A DNA stretch of 64,000 bases from a virus. Both the position numbers and the translations under genes were made by a program. The stretch spans positions 4,792-68,791 of the IMG/VR virus record IMGVR_UViG_3300010373_000007; one strand, 5' to 3'. Below are positions 8,962-18,515 of this stretch, in pieces (position 1 is the first letter of the stretch; the number at the start of each line of letters is the position of its first letter). The notes below the pieces were generated by a model. The model made no database searches and was not told the origin of the DNA. It saw nothing but the letters and a program-made list of their open reading frames with translations.

Positions 8962-9885
8962 TCACCGGATGGTAAGCGCCCTGTCGTCCGAGATCACGGC
9001 CTTCTCGGGTGCCGTCCCGGTCTGGGCCGTCACCGTGAGGTACTTCGTCCCCGTCGGGTTGGAGATCGTCGCCGCGAGCGACAGGCGCGTTGGCGTCCCG
9101 CTCGCCGTTGTCACGGGAGATCCGACCACCGATCCGTCCGCGTTCCCCTTCGTCCCGCCGACGCGGACGCGGTATGTCCCGGTCGCGCCGCCGGTAGTGT
9201 AGAAGTCGGCGATCAACTCGATGGTGATCGTCGCCGGGAGCGAGTCGAAGTCGATCCAGAACTGGTCGACGACACTCTCCGTCCCGGTATCGTCGTAACC
9301 CTCGCTGGTAGCCAGACGGCTCGTCCACTGCGGCGTCCCGCTGGCGCCGGCGCTTCCCTTCTCGCCCTGGGGGCCAGCGGAACCTGCCGGCCCGACGACA
9401 AGCTGGACGCCGGGGGCGGCGGGCGTGCCGCTGGTCGCGGCCTGGAGGCTCACGCCGTCGATCTGGAACAGCGCCACGGTGGCGTTCTGGGCGAGCATCA
9501 CCAGCGAGAAGGTCTGCCCGGTGACCAGCGTCTCCTCGATCCTGATGGTGCAGGCGCCGGAGGTCGGATCGTAGGTGAGCTTGACCGCGCAGCTGGAGAC
9601 CCGCTCGTCGTCCTCGATCGCGTGCCCGATGTTCGCCTCCCAGACGGCCAGGTCGCGGGTGACGACGATCGTCTGGTTGAGCAGGTCGAAGATGTCGCAG
9701 GAGACGTAGTTGGGGTCGTACCAGAGGCCGCCCGGCGGGGTTGTGATCCGGCGGATGTGCGCGTTGCCGAGGTTGCGCAGTCCCGTCGCCTGACCCCAGA
9801 CGGGTCCGGGACCGTTGTTGTCGACGTCCAGATCGGTCCCGTAGATCGACGGGTCGAACGGAGGAGGGACGAGGGCGGCGGTCAC
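8962..9885 (-). CDS. gp25/GPW-like baseplate wedge protein with collagen-like stretch and C-terminal extension
   Basis: GTG at 9885 overlaps the upstream TGA (GTGA); the track start 9945 is the alternative. LRNLGNAHIRRITTPPGGLWYDPNYVSCDIFDLL resembles the gp25 family core. Contains GPAGSAGPQGEKGSAGASG, six G-X-Y triplets. Confidence 0.6.
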   Translation of the reverse strand: MTAALVPPPFDPSIYGTDLDVDNNGPGPVWGQATGLRNLGNAHIRRITTPPGGLWYDPNYVSCDIFDLLNQTIVVTRDLAVWEANIGHAIEDDERVSSCAVKLTYDPTSGACTIRIEETLVTGQTFSLVMLAQNATVALFQIDGVSLQAATSGTPAAPGVQLVVGPAGSAGPQGEKGSAGASGTPQWTSRLATSEGYDDTGTESVVDQFWIDFDSLPATITIELIADFYTTGGATGTYRVRVGGTKGNADGSVVGSPVTTASGTPTRLSLAATISNPTGTKYLTVTAQTGTAPEKAVISDDRALTIR

Positions 9886-11102
9886 GGGGCGATTCTCACC
9901 TTGGTCGAAAGGAAGAGGTTGGCTCCAGCGCTGCTTGATGCCCATCCTGCCATCAGGCTGGCCAGGGTGGTGAAGAACTGGATCGCCCCAGGATCAACGG
10001 TCGGGACAGCGAGCGCAGCGGTCGCGGCGGCACCGATGGCGGCAAACAGCGTGTCCTCGGCCCCGCGATAGGGCGCCCCGACCACCGCTGGCGGCGCAAC
10101 GGCGTCGCCCAGCAGGAGCTGCGACAGGACCTTGATGACGCGAGTGGTCGGCACGGCGTCGCCCGTGAACCCCATCGCGTAGCGCCGCGAGGGATCACCC
10201 GCCCAGCCCACCGCCACCTTGCCTCCCTGCACGCCGTCCACGGCGTCCCCCGCCTGCGCCAGGAGCGGCACGGAGGCGACCTGCGGGACGCCAGGGACGT
10301 CCGGGCTTCCATCCACCGATCCGCCCGCCTGGGCGACCACGCTGGCCAGGTACAGGAAGCGGTAGTCGATCCCGGCGGGTGTGGCCCGGACCAGCGCCCG
10401 GAACGCCGCCACCAGCCTGTCTTCCCGCGGAGAGGGGCGGGAGAACCAGACCTGCGTCCGCATGGGCCCCTCGTGGGGGATGTCATCCTGGACGGTGTCT
10501 ACCTGCCCGCCCTCGAAGGTCGTCGCCACGAGGGCCACGGGGGCGTCTAGGGCCACCTCCAGCGCGTTGTTCTCGATCCAGCGGTGCGTGACCTCGTACG
10601 TCGCGGGCTGGAGGCTGGAGGCCGGGAAGGCATCCGTCCCCACCCAGACCGTCCCGTCGTCCAGGACGCGCCAGGCGGCGCCAGGCGCGCCGGCGGCGAG
10701 CACCTCAGAGATCAGCTCCCCCACGGGCCTGGCGGTCGTCGTCCAGGCCGGCAGGTCCGCCCCGAGCACCCCCGCGTCGGCCGTTCCCGAGAGCTTCTCC
10801 CCCGCGGCGCCCAGGAGGTCGCCCAGAACCTGACCCACGCTCGGCGCGGTGTAGTCCTGGGGACTGGCCAGAGTCCCCATCCCGCCCGCGCCGGCCAGGA
10901 TCTGGAGTTGGTTGACCCCCACGAACTGTCCGCCGCGGACGACGGTGCCCGTCATCGTGCGCGCGCCAAAGACGACCGTGACCGGTCCGGGGCCGATCTG
11001 GGTAGGATCGTCCACGCGGCAATCGAGCTGCCACACGCCCTGACGCGGACTGACCAGCCGCGCGGAGTAGGCCGCCAGGCCGTTGACCGTGACCAGGGAC
11101 AT
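9882..11102 (-). CDS. Baseplate hub / central spike candidate
   Basis: 406 aa, lying between a tape-measure-proximal gene and the gp25-like gene. Call is by position. Confidence 0.5.
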   Translation of the reverse strand: MSLVTVNGLAAYSARLVSPRQGVWQLDCRVDDPTQIGPGPVTVVFGARTMTGTVVRGGQFVGVNQLQILAGAGGMGTLASPQDYTAPSVGQVLGDLLGAAGEKLSGTADAGVLGADLPAWTTTARPVGELISEVLAAGAPGAAWRVLDDGTVWVGTDAFPASSLQPATYEVTHRWIENNALEVALDAPVALVATTFEGGQVDTVQDDIPHEGPMRTQVWFSRPSPREDRLVAAFRALVRATPAGIDYRFLYLASVVAQAGGSVDGSPDVPGVPQVASVPLLAQAGDAVDGVQGGKVAVGWAGDPSRRYAMGFTGDAVPTTRVIKVLSQLLLGDAVAPPAVVGAPYRGAEDTLFAAIGAAATAALAVPTVDPGAIQFFTTLASLMAGWASSSAGANLFLSTKVRIAP

Positions 11103-11738
11103 CTACTGCGCCCCGCCCGCGGCCGCAGAGAGCTTGGGCCCGTCCAGAGTCATGTTGGAGTCGACCGTGCTGGGCTCGGGCTGCGGTGCGTTGAGCGCAG
11201 CGCTCGCCGGCTGGCGCGAGTCCTCGGGCGGCAGGGCGCCGGCCGCCTGGAGGGCCTTGACCGGGCGCTGCTTGACCTCCTCGTGGAACTGGATCCGGAA
11301 GTTCTTCGCCCCCTCGACGTCGCTGGTCTCGGCCAGCGGCCACCCGATGATCACGCCCTGATAGACGCGCAGGCGGTTCAGGTCCGGGTGGCGAACCAGC
11401 ACCGTCGCCGCCGGCGGCTTGGCGGCCTTGCCGGGGCCGGCCCAGTACTTGTCTCCCAGGTCGCAGAACACGTCCCATTGTTCGGGTGTGGCGATCCGAA
11501 CGACGACGTCGAACTCCTTGGGATCGTAGCCGAGGATGCGGATCCGCTTCCCCGAAGAGTTCTTCCCCTTGGTGGCCTCCACCTCCAGCGCCGCGACGCC
11601 CTTGTTCTGGACCTCGCACTTCCCTGGGACGCGGTCGTTGTTGATGTAGAACGTGTCCCACGGGTCGGGGTAGTAGAGGAGATCCTCGTTCGGAACCGTC
11701 CCCGCGGCGTTGAGCCCCCAGAATGGCTGCCTAGGCAC
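11103..11738 (-). CDS. Tail/baseplate protein of unknown function
   Basis: 211-aa protein-like ORF immediately after the tape measure gene, with an 8-nt overlap. Confidence 0.5.
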   Translation of the reverse strand: MPRQPFWGLNAAGTVPNEDLLYYPDPWDTFYINNDRVPGKCEVQNKGVAALEVEATKGKNSSGKRIRILGYDPKEFDVVVRIATPEQWDVFCDLGDKYWAGPGKAAKPPAATVLVRHPDLNRLRVYQGVIIGWPLAETSDVEGAKNFRIQFHEEVKQRPVKALQAAGALPPEDSRQPASAALNAPQPEPSTVDSNMTLDGPKLSAAAGGAQ

Positions 11739-13494
11739 CGGTCGACCCTCCCTGCGCGTTCAGCGCCTGCTCCAGGAGCGAGATCAGCGTGGCGCGGTCG
11801 ACCGAGCGCGTGAAGGCGTCGGCGGCGCGCTTTCCCTGCTCCGCGCCGTCTTTGCCGCCAGAGACGTGGATCACCGGGGCCAGCGTGAGCTGAACGGTGC
11901 GGCTGCCGCCGCCCGCCGGCGCGGCGCCCGCCGGGACGCGCAGGGCGCGCTCAATGCTGTTGCCGATGCCGCCGGCGGCGCCGTCCATGCCGCGGATGAA
12001 CCCGGCGGCCGACATCTCGCCGATGTCCTCGAAGACGGTGGAGGGGCTCTTGACGCCCAGTTCCTTCTTCGCCGACCCATGCACGTGGCGCGCAAGCCCC
12101 ACGGCGGCGTCGCCGGCGGCGGCGGTGGAGGCCTTGATCCCCGCCGTCATGCCGGCTCCGACTTGCTTGCCGACATCGAACGACGCCGCGTTCAGGCTGT
12201 TGACCCCGGCGTCCCCGGTCGACGCGCCGCCGGCCTTCGCCGCGCGCATCTGGCGGAGCACCTCGCGCTGGTGAGCGTACTTCACGTCCAGCGCCTTCTC
12301 CTGCGCTGAGAGCGGGACCGACTTGGCGTTGATGGCGCCGCCCGGGATCAATTCCGTGATCCGCTCGATGGCCGACACCCACCCCTTAAAGGTGTCCCAG
12401 ATCGCCCCGACCATCGACGAGACGGTCTTGAGAGCGGGGACGACCAGGTCGAGCCCCTTGGAAAGGTCCTCGGCGATCGATCCGAAGTCGATCCCGCCGA
12501 CCAGGTCGGACACCTTCTCGAAGGCCCCCTCCAGCGCGCCGAAGATGCGCTTGCCGGTCGGGCTCTCCGGGTCGAGCTTGGTCAGGATCCCGTCGAGCGC
12601 GTTGGAGAGCGTCCCGACCGCCTTGGTATCTGCCAGCTTCTTGAAGAACCGTTCGGGCAGCTCCTGGAGCTTCTGGAGCTTCGTGCCGAGCAGGTCGACG
12701 TTGTCGGCGGAGCGCTGGCCCAGCTTCGTCTCGTGCGCGCGCGCCATGATCAGCTTGAAGAGATCGTTCTGGTTGAAGGATCCCTTCTCCAACACGCTGT
12801 TGAGCTGCGTGACGTTCATGTGCTTGTAGCGGTCGATCGTCCGCAGATCGTTGACGCCGACCCCGAGCGGCATCAGGGACCGCGCCTGCACGCGCCCCAT
12901 GATCTGGATTCGCGAGAACGCGGCGAGCGCCGTCTGATACGCCTCGTCCTTGTCCGCACTCACCGCGGCGACGTCGGCGGCGGCCTTCATGAACAGGCCG
13001 GCCTGCTGCTGGCCGATCCCCACCTTCTTGAGGTCGATGTAGGCCCGCTCGTTCATCTCCTCGGTGAACTCCGAGGTCTTGGAGAACTGCTCGATCCACT
13101 TGCGGGTGGCCTCGCCCATCTCCTTCCCGCCGGCGGCGATGTTGATGACGCGGTTGATCCGCTCGGCCTTGGCGGCGGTCCGGACGGCCTCCTCGCCGAT
13201 CTCGAATAGCTTCTCGCCGATCTTCTTGAGCACCTCCAGCGCGGCCTCGGCGCCGATGAACTCCAGGAACTCGCCCGTCTTGGCGCGCGCCTCGCCGGCG
13301 GCGAGCGAGATGTGGTGGAACCCCGCGGCGTTGAGCGTGAGGACGCGCCCCATCCGCTGCATGAGGCTCATGTGCTTGGCGCCCGCGGCCTCGGCGTGCT
13401 TGAGGCCCGTCTCCAGCTTGCCGACCTCGGCGGCCGCGCTCTTGACCTGCCCCGTCGGGACGTCGATCGGGATCCGCCACTTCAATTCAGGCAC
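11731..13494 (-). CDS. Tape measure protein
   Basis: 587 aa, helix-rich and Ala/Gly/Lys/Glu-rich. C-terminal KSPSTVFEDIGEMSAAGFIRGM motif. Follows the frameshifted chaperone pair. GTG start. Confidence 0.85.
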   Translation of the reverse strand: MPELKWRIPIDVPTGQVKSAAAEVGKLETGLKHAEAAGAKHMSLMQRMGRVLTLNAAGFHHISLAAGEARAKTGEFLEFIGAEAALEVLKKIGEKLFEIGEEAVRTAAKAERINRVINIAAGGKEMGEATRKWIEQFSKTSEFTEEMNERAYIDLKKVGIGQQQAGLFMKAAADVAAVSADKDEAYQTALAAFSRIQIMGRVQARSLMPLGVGVNDLRTIDRYKHMNVTQLNSVLEKGSFNQNDLFKLIMARAHETKLGQRSADNVDLLGTKLQKLQELPERFFKKLADTKAVGTLSNALDGILTKLDPESPTGKRIFGALEGAFEKVSDLVGGIDFGSIAEDLSKGLDLVVPALKTVSSMVGAIWDTFKGWVSAIERITELIPGGAINAKSVPLSAQEKALDVKYAHQREVLRQMRAAKAGGASTGDAGVNSLNAASFDVGKQVGAGMTAGIKASTAAAGDAAVGLARHVHGSAKKELGVKSPSTVFEDIGEMSAAGFIRGMDGAAGGIGNSIERALRVPAGAAPAGGGSRTVQLTLAPVIHVSGGKDGAEQGKRAADAFTRSVDRATLISLLEQALNAQGGSTGA

Positions 13495-14163
13495 GACGGC
13501 GCCGTCCCTTCTTCGGGGACTTCTTGACCTCGCGGGCCCCCAGGAACTGCGCGATCATGCCCTTGAGCATCCGAAGATCCGCGAAGTGGTCAAGCACCAT
13601 CTGCGCGCCCACGTCCCGCGCCGGCACGCTCACCCGCAGGTCGTCCGGGTCCGGGACGGTTTCCTCCAGGTCGTGGAGCAGGGCGCGCAGGGCGCGCGCG
13701 GCGATGACCGGATAGCGCCGCGCCTTCTCCGCGACGGCTAGAGTTTTTTTTGGATGGCCTCGGTCGAGTACCCGGTGACCCTGCAGATCTCCGAGGCGAT
13801 CATGGCGCCGATGAGAGCCCGCTTCGTCAGGAGCTTGACGATGTGCGGCTGGTACTCGGGGTAGAGGACGCAGGTCTTGACCAGGAACTCCTCGGCGATG
13901 TCGGTGTTGCCGAGCGCGCCGCGGTCCGCCTGCTCCCGGTACTGCTTCTGGTACTGGGAGATCTCCTGCTTCGACGCGGGCCGGTAAATGACCCAGTCGT
14001 GCGTCTTCTCGTGCTCGTAGTACCAGAGGTCGTCGGGGTCGATCCCGCGTCCCCGCGAGACGATCGCCTTGATCTCCTTGATGACGTCCTCGCCCGGCGG
14101 CGGAACAGAGTAGGCGGGCAGGCTGGGGGCTTCTTCCTGGGCTGGAACGGCGGCGTTGGTCAT
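13487..14163 (-). CDS. Tail assembly chaperone, -1 frameshift-extended form (gpGT-like)
   Basis: The -1 frame from the A8 tract (...PKKTLAVAEKARRYPVIAARALRALLHDLEE...) stays open to 13487 and overlaps the tape measure start. Confidence 0.6.
13738..14163 (-). CDS. Tail assembly chaperone (gpG-like)
   Basis: 141 aa between the tube and tape measure genes. Ends ...AIQKKL* on CAA AAA AAA CTC TAG. Confidence 0.75.
   Translation of the reverse strand: MTNAAVPAQEEAPSLPAYSVPPPGEDVIKEIKAIVSRGRGIDPDDLWYYEHEKTHDWVIYRPASKQEISQYQKQYREQADRGALGNTDIAEEFLVKTCVLYPEYQPHIVKLLTKRALIGAMIASEICRVTGYSTEAIQKKL
13744..13751 (-). promoter_or_regulatory. Slippery A AAA AAA site for programmed -1 frameshift
   Basis: T8 on the plus strand, which is A8 in the mRNA, two codons before the gpG-like stop. 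The -1 frame matches track ORF 13487..14200. Confidence 0.6.
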
Positions 14164-14209
14164 GCCGCCCAGAGTGCGCCAGCGCCAGCCCGCCCGTCAA
14201 GGGCGCCTC

Positions 14210-14776
14210 CTAGACCGTGACGATGACGCCGACCTGGCCCTGCGGGGTGTTCTCGTACACGACCGAGACGAAGTCGAGCATGATGTCCATGACGTTGAGC
14301 GTGTACTTCGTCTCCAGTTCCTCGTCGGAACCCGTCTCGATCGACACGCCGTCCTGCTCGATGCGCGCGCCGATCATGTCCAGGCGCGTGGTCCCAAGAG
14401 CCGGCTCGAAGATCGTCGCCGTCAGCTGGAACGTCTGCTGGAACGCGCCCTTGCCGAACGGCTTGCCGGCGTTGGCCAGGTAGATCTCCAAGAGCCGGCT
14501 GTCCTCGAAGTACATCGAGAACTCGGCCGAGGGCTCGAACTTCCCGTTGGTCCGCGTCTGCGGCTTGGAGCGGTGGCTCCAGCCCTTCCCGGGCGTCAGC
14601 TTCCGGGTGTAGGAGAGGCCGGTCCACCCCTGGATGCGCAGGGGCGCGGCGATCGCCGGCGGCGTCGTCTGCCCCGCGACCTGGGGGCCGGTGGCCACGA
14701 CCGAGACCTCGACGGAGGTCCGGCTGTACCGGATCCCGTCGGTGTCGGGGTAGTTCAGGAACGGCGTCATGGACAT
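14210..14776 (-). CDS. Tail tube protein
   Basis: 188 aa directly downstream of the sheath gene and upstream of the chaperone. Confidence 0.7.
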   Translation of the reverse strand: MSMTPFLNYPDTDGIRYSRTSVEVSVVATGPQVAGQTTPPAIAAPLRIQGWTGLSYTRKLTPGKGWSHRSKPQTRTNGKFEPSAEFSMYFEDSRLLEIYLANAGKPFGKGAFQQTFQLTATIFEPALGTTRLDMIGARIEQDGVSIETGSDEELETKYTLNVMDIMLDFVSVVYENTPQGQVGVIVTV

Positions 14777-14789
14777 GGTCGGAGCCTCC

Positions 14790-16448
14790 TCAGATCGTGA
14801 AGCCGAGCGTCAGCGCGATCGTCTTGACCTTCGCCTTGGGGACGATCTGGATCGACCACAGGAGCTGCTCGGTCGACAGGATGTTGTTCGTCCGGTTGAT
14901 CTGGCTGAATGCCGCCGTGACGTCCGGGATCGCCTTGTTGATGAGCCGGGCGGCGAGCGCCTGGTTCATGACGCCCTCCAGGCGGGTCGCCTCGCGGTCG
15001 TCGACCGTCCCATTCGCGGGGTTGGTGAGCAGGTCTGCGTTCAGCTGGTTGACGGCGACGCCGACGCCCACCGAGCAGGCGATGTCCATCACGCGGCGGT
15101 TCGTCACCGGCGTGAAGTCGCTGCCATAGTTGGCCATCGTGTTGCCGGTCTCGCAGTAGTACCCGGCCTTGGTGGGACGGGTCGTCGCGCAGGTGAACCG
15201 ATTCGCCGATCCCGACTGCGCCAGGGTCGCCTCGTTGCGGTAGATCGCGACGACGTTGGCCAGCGATCCGAGGCTGGATCCGACGAAGCCCGGGTCTTCC
15301 GACGGCTGCGTGGCCGCGAGGCGGGAGGCGATCGCCACCCCCAGATTCCGGCGGATCTCACGCCCGCGGAACAGCGACGAAAGGTGCAGGACGTCGGAGT
15401 AGCAAACCATCACGCGCGCGGCGACCGTCGAGGCGAAGGCCGCGAAGACCGTCGTGTCGCTGTTCTCCGCCTGCGTACACTCCACGATGCCCATGGCGTA
15501 GCGGAACGCGGTCGCCATCGAGTCGAGCGAGGACTCCACCGTGGCCGTCATCGAGGCGGCGCCGGCGCTGGTCGACCCCTGCCCGGCGACGTGAACGCCA
15601 AACCAGATCTGGCTCCCCGCCGCCAGCGTGTTCATCGTGTTGCCGATGTCGGTGGTCCCGAAGCCGGCCGTCACGCACGCCATCGCGTAGGTGTCCCCCG
15701 CCACGAAGGTCGAGGCGAACGTCAGGATGATGCCCGTCGCCGGGATCACGTAGACGCCTCCGCTGGGGATCTGGATGGCCGCGCTGTTGGAGTTCCCTCC
15801 ATCCAGCGAGTAGGTGAACGTCCCCGCACCGAGGCCGCCGGCGGCTCCGATGGTGACGAGGACCGAGTAGCCGTCGATCGGCGAGCTGGCCTGCGTCACC
15901 CAGCCGGCCGTGCCGGACCCGACGACGGTGATCCCGCCGGCGGTGGTGATCGTCCAGACGTCGCCGCTCGTGTAGGTCTGCGCGGCGAAGGTCAGCGTGG
16001 TCATCGTCCCCGGGACGAGGTAGCTCCACGTGGTCACCGTCGACAGGACCGGCGCCGAGTAGGCCCCGCCGTTGACTGAGAACTCCCACTGGCTGGTGCC
16101 CAGCGCGCCGCCGGTCGAGACCTTGGCGAGGATCTGGTAGGCCGGCCCGAGCGACCCCGTGACGGTCCCCGCGCCGGTGCCGACGTGGGTGGTGGCGCCG
16201 ATGGTCCCGGCGACCGACTGGTTGACCGGGATGGCGTAGCAGCTGCCCGCCACGGCGATGGTGTCCGCCACGCACTCGGTCAGGTTCCCCGGGCCGAGGG
16301 TGGAGCTTGCCGTGGGGATGTCCCCGAGGGCGTAGATCGTCCCGACCGTACCGGCCGCGCAGACGCCGGCGTGGACGATGGCGTTCTGGCCGACTGAGTT
16401 GATCAGCCCGAGCCCGCCGTCGAGAACAGTGACAGTGATGTCCGCCAT
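14790..16448 (-). CDS. Contractile tail sheath protein
   Basis: 552 aa, Gly/Thr/Ala-rich beta protein. Sits in the canonical sheath-tube-chaperone-TMP order. Confidence 0.8.
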   Translation of the reverse strand: MADITVTVLDGGLGLINSVGQNAIVHAGVCAAGTVGTIYALGDIPTASSTLGPGNLTECVADTIAVAGSCYAIPVNQSVAGTIGATTHVGTGAGTVTGSLGPAYQILAKVSTGGALGTSQWEFSVNGGAYSAPVLSTVTTWSYLVPGTMTTLTFAAQTYTSGDVWTITTAGGITVVGSGTAGWVTQASSPIDGYSVLVTIGAAGGLGAGTFTYSLDGGNSNSAAIQIPSGGVYVIPATGIILTFASTFVAGDTYAMACVTAGFGTTDIGNTMNTLAAGSQIWFGVHVAGQGSTSAGAASMTATVESSLDSMATAFRYAMGIVECTQAENSDTTVFAAFASTVAARVMVCYSDVLHLSSLFRGREIRRNLGVAIASRLAATQPSEDPGFVGSSLGSLANVVAIYRNEATLAQSGSANRFTCATTRPTKAGYYCETGNTMANYGSDFTPVTNRRVMDIACSVGVGVAVNQLNADLLTNPANGTVDDREATRLEGVMNQALAARLINKAIPDVTAAFSQINRTNNILSTEQLLWSIQIVPKAKVKTIALTLGFTI

Positions 16449-16460
16449 GGTCTGGGTCTC

Positions 16461-16838
16461 CTACCGGAAGATGTTCTTGCCGCGCGCCGGGTCGGTCGCG
16501 TCGGCCACCGCCGTCAAGAAGTCGCCCTCCGACAACTCCTTGCCGACCGGCCAGTTGTGGAACGCGCGCGCGGCCGCGAAGTGCTCGAAGCGCGGGTTGT
16601 AGACCCGCCGCATGACCTTCTTGGGCTTGTCGGCCGGCGATGGCGGCGTCGCGTACTGCGGCGTGTAGCCGTACGCCTCCGCCCACTGCTCGACGGTGAC
16701 GAACCGCTGGGCGCGCAGCGCCTTGATGGCGTCGTTCGGCGCTTCGGTGGCGGCCTGGATCTTGGGCGCCGGGTCCTTCTTGGGCGCGACCGCGGGCGCG
16801 GCGGGCTTGGTGTCGGTCTTGATGTCGGCGTCGCTCAT
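16461..16838 (-). CDS. Hypothetical virion-module protein
   Basis: ATG 16838 in an ATGA overlap with the upstream stop. 125 aa (MSDADIKTDTKPAAP...). The rest of track ORF 16461..17795 is shadow. Confidence 0.6.
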   Translation of the reverse strand: MSDADIKTDTKPAAPAVAPKKDPAPKIQAATEAPNDAIKALRAQRFVTVEQWAEAYGYTPQYATPPSPADKPKKVMRRVYNPRFEHFAAARAFHNWPVGKELSEGDFLTAVADATDPARGKNIFR

Positions 16839-17401
16839 GATGGCGTGATCTCCTGGACGAAGGTGCCGGTCCCGTCCTGCGTCGTGGGAGCCACGACAGG
16901 CTGCGGCTCGAAGGTGAACGGGATCTTGACCGTGAACTTCAGGAGGCAGAGCGCCCCCGACTTCGGCTGCCGGTCGACGTTGACCGACCAGAGCGTCGAG
17001 CGCGGGTAGAACCCGTGCGCCGAGAGCTGGACGCGCCCGGCGGCGCAGAAGTGCCCGACCAGCGTCTCGACGTCGCCGAAGATCTTCGCCCAGAAGTAGG
17101 CGTCGATCTCCTCGTCGCGCACCGCGAACTTGAGCGGCTTCTTGATGCCGTGGGCACCGTAGGCGAACGGTGCCGTCTTGAGCAGCGTCACATCGCGCAT
17201 CCCGTCGCCCTCGTACGTGATCGATTTCGCGCCGCGCGGGACCCAGATGATCGCCGGCTTCCCCTGCTCCTCCCCGATGTACTTCTCCAGGAGGTCCAGG
17301 TGGCGCTCGCCCAGCTCGTGGCGGACCTGCGGCTGCCCGAGCCCGTTCAGGACGAGCGAGAGCGCCTCCCTGATGTTCGTGAAGCACGCCTCGATGCTCA
17401 C
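16835..17401 (-). CDS. Neck/tail completion protein (by position)
   Basis: GTG 17401 in a GTGA overlap. 188 aa, VSIEACFTNIREAL.... Confidence 0.55.
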   Translation of the reverse strand: MSIEACFTNIREALSLVLNGLGQPQVRHELGERHLDLLEKYIGEEQGKPAIIWVPRGAKSITYEGDGMRDVTLLKTAPFAYGAHGIKKPLKFAVRDEEIDAYFWAKIFGDVETLVGHFCAAGRVQLSAHGFYPRSTLWSVNVDRQPKSGALCLLKFTVKIPFTFEPQPVVAPTTQDGTGTFVQEITPS

Positions 17402-17859
17402 GACGCGCCCCCAAGGTGGTGCCGCACGACCCGGTCCGTGACCTTCTCGAACGCCGGCGCCCAGAGGCCGAGGTCGGTGCCGTCCATCGGGAGCATCGCG
17501 CGCGGGCGGATGCCGCCCTTCCCGGGGCCCAGGCGCGTTCCGGTCCCCTTCTGCTGGAACCAGGCGTAGGGCGCCGAGAAGCCGACCTCGATGCCGTCGC
17601 CGAAGGCCCGGGAGATCCGGCTGCCGCGCAGTTGGCCCGTGTCGTCCAGCGGCTTCCCGCGGCCGCCTTTGGGACCGAAGCGCTCCACCGGCGCCCAGGC
17701 CACGCCCCACGGGTCGCGGCTCTGCCGGAACTCGGCCAGCACTTGGCGCTCCGCCTCGATGGCGATGGCGCCGCGCAGATCGGTCGCGAGGTCACCCGAG
17801 CCGACGTGGCCCAGGGCGTCTCGCAGGGGCGACAGATCTCCGGGCATCAGCCGCTCCAC
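17398..17859 (-). CDS. Virion morphogenesis / tail completion protein (Mu gpG / Phage_tail_S-like)
   Basis: 153 aa. ...LDDTGQLRGSRISRAFGDGIEVGFSAPYAWFQQKG... matches the family pattern (TG.L..S...v.vG...YA..hQ.G). Confidence 0.65.
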   Translation of the reverse strand: MERLMPGDLSPLRDALGHVGSGDLATDLRGAIAIEAERQVLAEFRQSRDPWGVAWAPVERFGPKGGRGKPLDDTGQLRGSRISRAFGDGIEVGFSAPYAWFQQKGTGTRLGPGKGGIRPRAMLPMDGTDLGLWAPAFEKVTDRVVRHHLGGAS

Positions 17860-18251
17860 ACGCAGTCCGGGAGGACCACCGCCGGCGAGAGCACCGCCGC
17901 CACACCGCCCAGGCCCGCCAGGCTCTGGAGGTAGCGGAACATCTGGCCGTAGCCGTTCCGCATGAACGGGTCGGCCGCCTGGCCATCCAAGAGCTTCGGG
18001 TCGCGCGCGACCTCCAGGGTAGCGCGCTTCTCGTGCACCCAGTCATTCGTCCCGCGGTCGAGGCCCCGATCGGGGTTGTTCTCGACGATGTAGAACGCCA
18101 CGCAGTAGCCCTGCGCGTTCGCCAGGTAGTCGCCGTAGCGCGACCCGTCGATGAACTCGGGCGCGGCGAGCGCGATCGCCGGGGCGATGACGGAATCCGG
18201 CTGCGGCTCGAACTGCGGGAACGCGGTTCGAATCTGCGCGGGCGTCGGCAT
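17847..18251 (-). CDS. Head-tail connector-like protein (DUF4054-like)
   Basis: Internal ATG 18251 (MPTPAQIRTAFPQFE...), 134 aa. Lies between the capsid-proximal genes and the tail completion gene. Confidence 0.5.
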   Translation of the reverse strand: MPTPAQIRTAFPQFEPQPDSVIAPAIALAAPEFIDGSRYGDYLANAQGYCVAFYIVENNPDRGLDRGTNDWVHEKRATLEVARDPKLLDGQAADPFMRNGYGQMFRYLQSLAGLGGVAAVLSPAVVLPDCVWSG

Positions 18252-18285
18252 CGTGGCCACGGCGATCGCTCCCCTGGAAATCGGC

Positions 18286-18513
18286 CTACGCCGACTCCTC
18301 TTCGTCCGAGACAACGACGAGGTGCCCAGCCGCGAAGTAGTTCGCGACGACCGGCTTGGCCTTCATGCCGGCGACCTCTTCGGCCGTCGCCTCGCGGACG
18401 GCGCCGGGCCCGATCTTGAAATCGTCGCCCAGGCGCTGCCCGGTGAGAGGGTTGTTCCCGAGGACGCCCGGGATGTCGATGATGTGGGTGGTCGTGTTCT
18501 TGATCTTGGGCAT
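18286..18513 (-). CDS. Hypothetical small virion-module protein
   Basis: ATG 18513 preceded by GGGGAAGG. 75 aa, MPKIKNTTTHIIDIPG.... Confidence 0.55.
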   Translation of the reverse strand: MPKIKNTTTHIIDIPGVLGNNPLTGQRLGDDFKIGPGAVREATAEEVAGMKAKPVVANYFAAGHLVVVSDEEESA

Positions 18514-18515
18514 GT

